Shown here piece after piece: positions 62,607 to 64,000 of a stretch of DNA of 64,000 bases (its first letter is position 1; each line of letters starts with the position of its first letter). The notes beneath the pieces are model-generated. The model ran no database searches and was not told where the DNA came from. It saw nothing but the letters and a program-made list of their open reading frames with translations. This DNA is from a virus. The stretch covers positions 128,285 to 192,284 of the IMG/VR virus record IMGVR_UViG_3300026538_000054; one strand, 5' to 3'. Both the position numbers and the translations under genes were made by a program.

Positions 62607-62810
62607 GGTGATCCGGAAAACAAGCCAGGACTGACCTGGGCGTGTACACGCGTTTGTGGGTCAGTCAGCAGACACCCCTACATACTACTCGTTTTTGCCG
62701 AACACCGGCGCATTCGCTACTCAAAATCGCCCTTTTTCGTTGCTCAAACACGCCACTGGTAACTCTACCAGACGTCATACACCCCCACACAAACTTCTCA
62801 CCTGGCAAGT

Positions 62811-62889
62811 CACAGTGGCATTCGTTCAACAAACGGCCTGGTCCACGGTGGCATTCGTTCAACGCCAGCGACAACCACTGTGGCATTCG
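62811..62889. repeat. Three iteron-like direct repeats CACNGTGGCATTCG(TTCAAC)
   Basis: Starts at 62811, 62844 and 62876 (33 and 32 nt spacing) within a ~450-nt non-coding, AT-richer region. Confidence 0.7.
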
Positions 62890-63577
62890 CTTCCCATTTC
62901 GGTGTTCCACAACCTGTTGTCCTGTAAGGGTTTACGGCTTCTTAAAAGACAGATAAGGTATTTGCTGACAAATTGGAGCTCATACCTTACCGGGGGAGGA
63001 ATCCCCCTGGACCCCCTCTTTTTTCCGAAGAGACAAAAACACGTGTGTGAGAGCCGACTAAAACGGCTCGGCAATCACACACGTGCGTGAAAAGAAAAAA
63101 GGCAAGCTCGTTCAAACAACAGTTCACAAGCCAACCAATAGCCTTGGCGACAGCTCAGTTCCCAGGCCCGTGGCTGGTCATGTCCTCTGCAACGACCGCT
63201 ATCATCCACTCACCACCCAGACGCCCCATCTCGTGGATCGATCATGAACGACGTGCCACTCATGCCTGGTCTGTGCCCTCTGAGTCCTTCGCTACTCGAC
63301 TTGATCATCGGTCTGGAGCTGTGCGGCTGGACGCCCTACGTGTACGCAGGTCGTCTGTTCCTGGTCCAGGAGCTGGGCCCTTACTCACGCCACTGGAACA
63401 GCTCTATTCCTGGCTGGATACAGCGTGGTCTTGACGTACACGGACCAGCCCTGCGCACAAGGGCCAGGAAACTGATCCGCTGCGCAGGGCTGGTGATCTG
63501 CCATGTTGGGTCATAGGCCCGTTTCAGGTCCCTGGTCGGCCAGGAGACCAGGCAACGAAAAGCAAGAGGAGCAGCCC

Positions 63578-64000
63578 GTGGGCGCGCTTGACAGGATCAA
63601 CAAGTTGATGACCGACTATCACCTGTCCCAGGGTGACGCTCTGGCCTTGATCGCCGGCTACGGCGACACCGTCGCTGACTGGCTCAAAAGCCCTTCTCTC
63701 CCTGGCTCTTTGCCTCCGAGCATGGACGCGTTCCTGGACGAACTGGAGGCCGCTGTGGCCCCTCAGGTCGCTTCCCAGGTCATCGAAGCGACCGAGGCCC
63801 TGCCAAGCATCAACGTGCAGCTAAACGCGACGCCAGGCTCGGTGACACCGTCGCCTGAACAAGGCCCTTGTGACGTTCCCGATGTCGTGATCGCTCTGAC
63901 CGAATCGGACATCCAGCAAGCGAGCGCCGCGGCCCTGGGCGTGTGCAAGTCTGAGGGAGATCTGGGCCTCGCCCTGTTCGAGACGGAAGCGCCGCTGGGC
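63578..64000 (+). CDS. Hypothetical protein (3' truncated by window)
   Basis: AGAGGAG then GTG 63578; frame open to the window end. Confidence 0.55.
   Translation, partial: MGALDRINKLMTDYHLSQGDALALIAGYGDTVADWLKSPSLPGSLPPSMDAFLDELEAAVAPQVASQVIEATEALPSINVQLNATPGSVTPSPEQGPCDVPDVVIALTESDIQQASAAALGVCKSEGDLGLALFETEAPLG

Noticed and set aside
62811-62889. Mini CRISPR array
   Set aside because: Repeats of only 14-20 nt with 12-13 nt gaps are too short for spacers, and no cas genes are present; iterons fit better.
63087-63516. ORFs 63087..63434 and 63244..63516
   Set aside because: They overlap each other, have atypical composition and no motifs; I could not decide which, if either, is real.
1-64000. 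tRNA, rRNA, integrase, reverse transcriptase/DGR, cas genes
   Set aside because: No T-loop or anticodon cloverleaf patterns or diagnostic protein motifs were found by eye; a tRNAscan/HMM run would be needed to exclude them fully.

Overview
64 kb segment of a large, GC-rich contractile-tailed (myovirus-like, probably jumbo) phage or prophage, most likely infecting a planctomycete (Gemmatales-like). The host call is inferred from a RimI acetyltransferase, TIGR02996-type proteins and repeated 'LADALEEAGC...GCWALD' proteins recognised from memory, not from a search. 1-24.2 kb is a tail/baseplate operon: sheath, tube, spike, chaperone with a -1 slippery site, tape measure, wedge proteins, an embedded sigma factor and a Cys/Gly-rich fibre. 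It ends with a glycan-modifying gene split by an antisense double-HNH endonuclease, a holin-like protein and a lone response regulator. 24-64 kb is mostly small accessory genes plus an intein-containing Ycf46-like AAA ATPase with DUF1257/DUF2997 partners, an IS4 element, ThyX, class II RNR, a tandem PurE, a GP88-like protein, a GHKL ATPase, a GpA-type terminase and an iteron-like region. Most unusual signals: (1) at least nine dispersed ~30-nt elements with two interleaved, covarying stems (H-type pseudoknot topology), some inside stop/structure/-10/SD/ATG cassettes at gene-truncation points; (2) a terminase intein whose LAGLIDADG endonuclease is in a different reading frame; (3) an HNH gene that splits a beta-propeller gene with a new SD+ATG for the distal half; (4) an AT-rich recoded patch over the RNR catalytic NPCAE motif; (5) a recurrent TTTTC(C/A)GGAAAA operator-like palindrome. 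No tRNA, rRNA, CRISPR array or integrase was seen.
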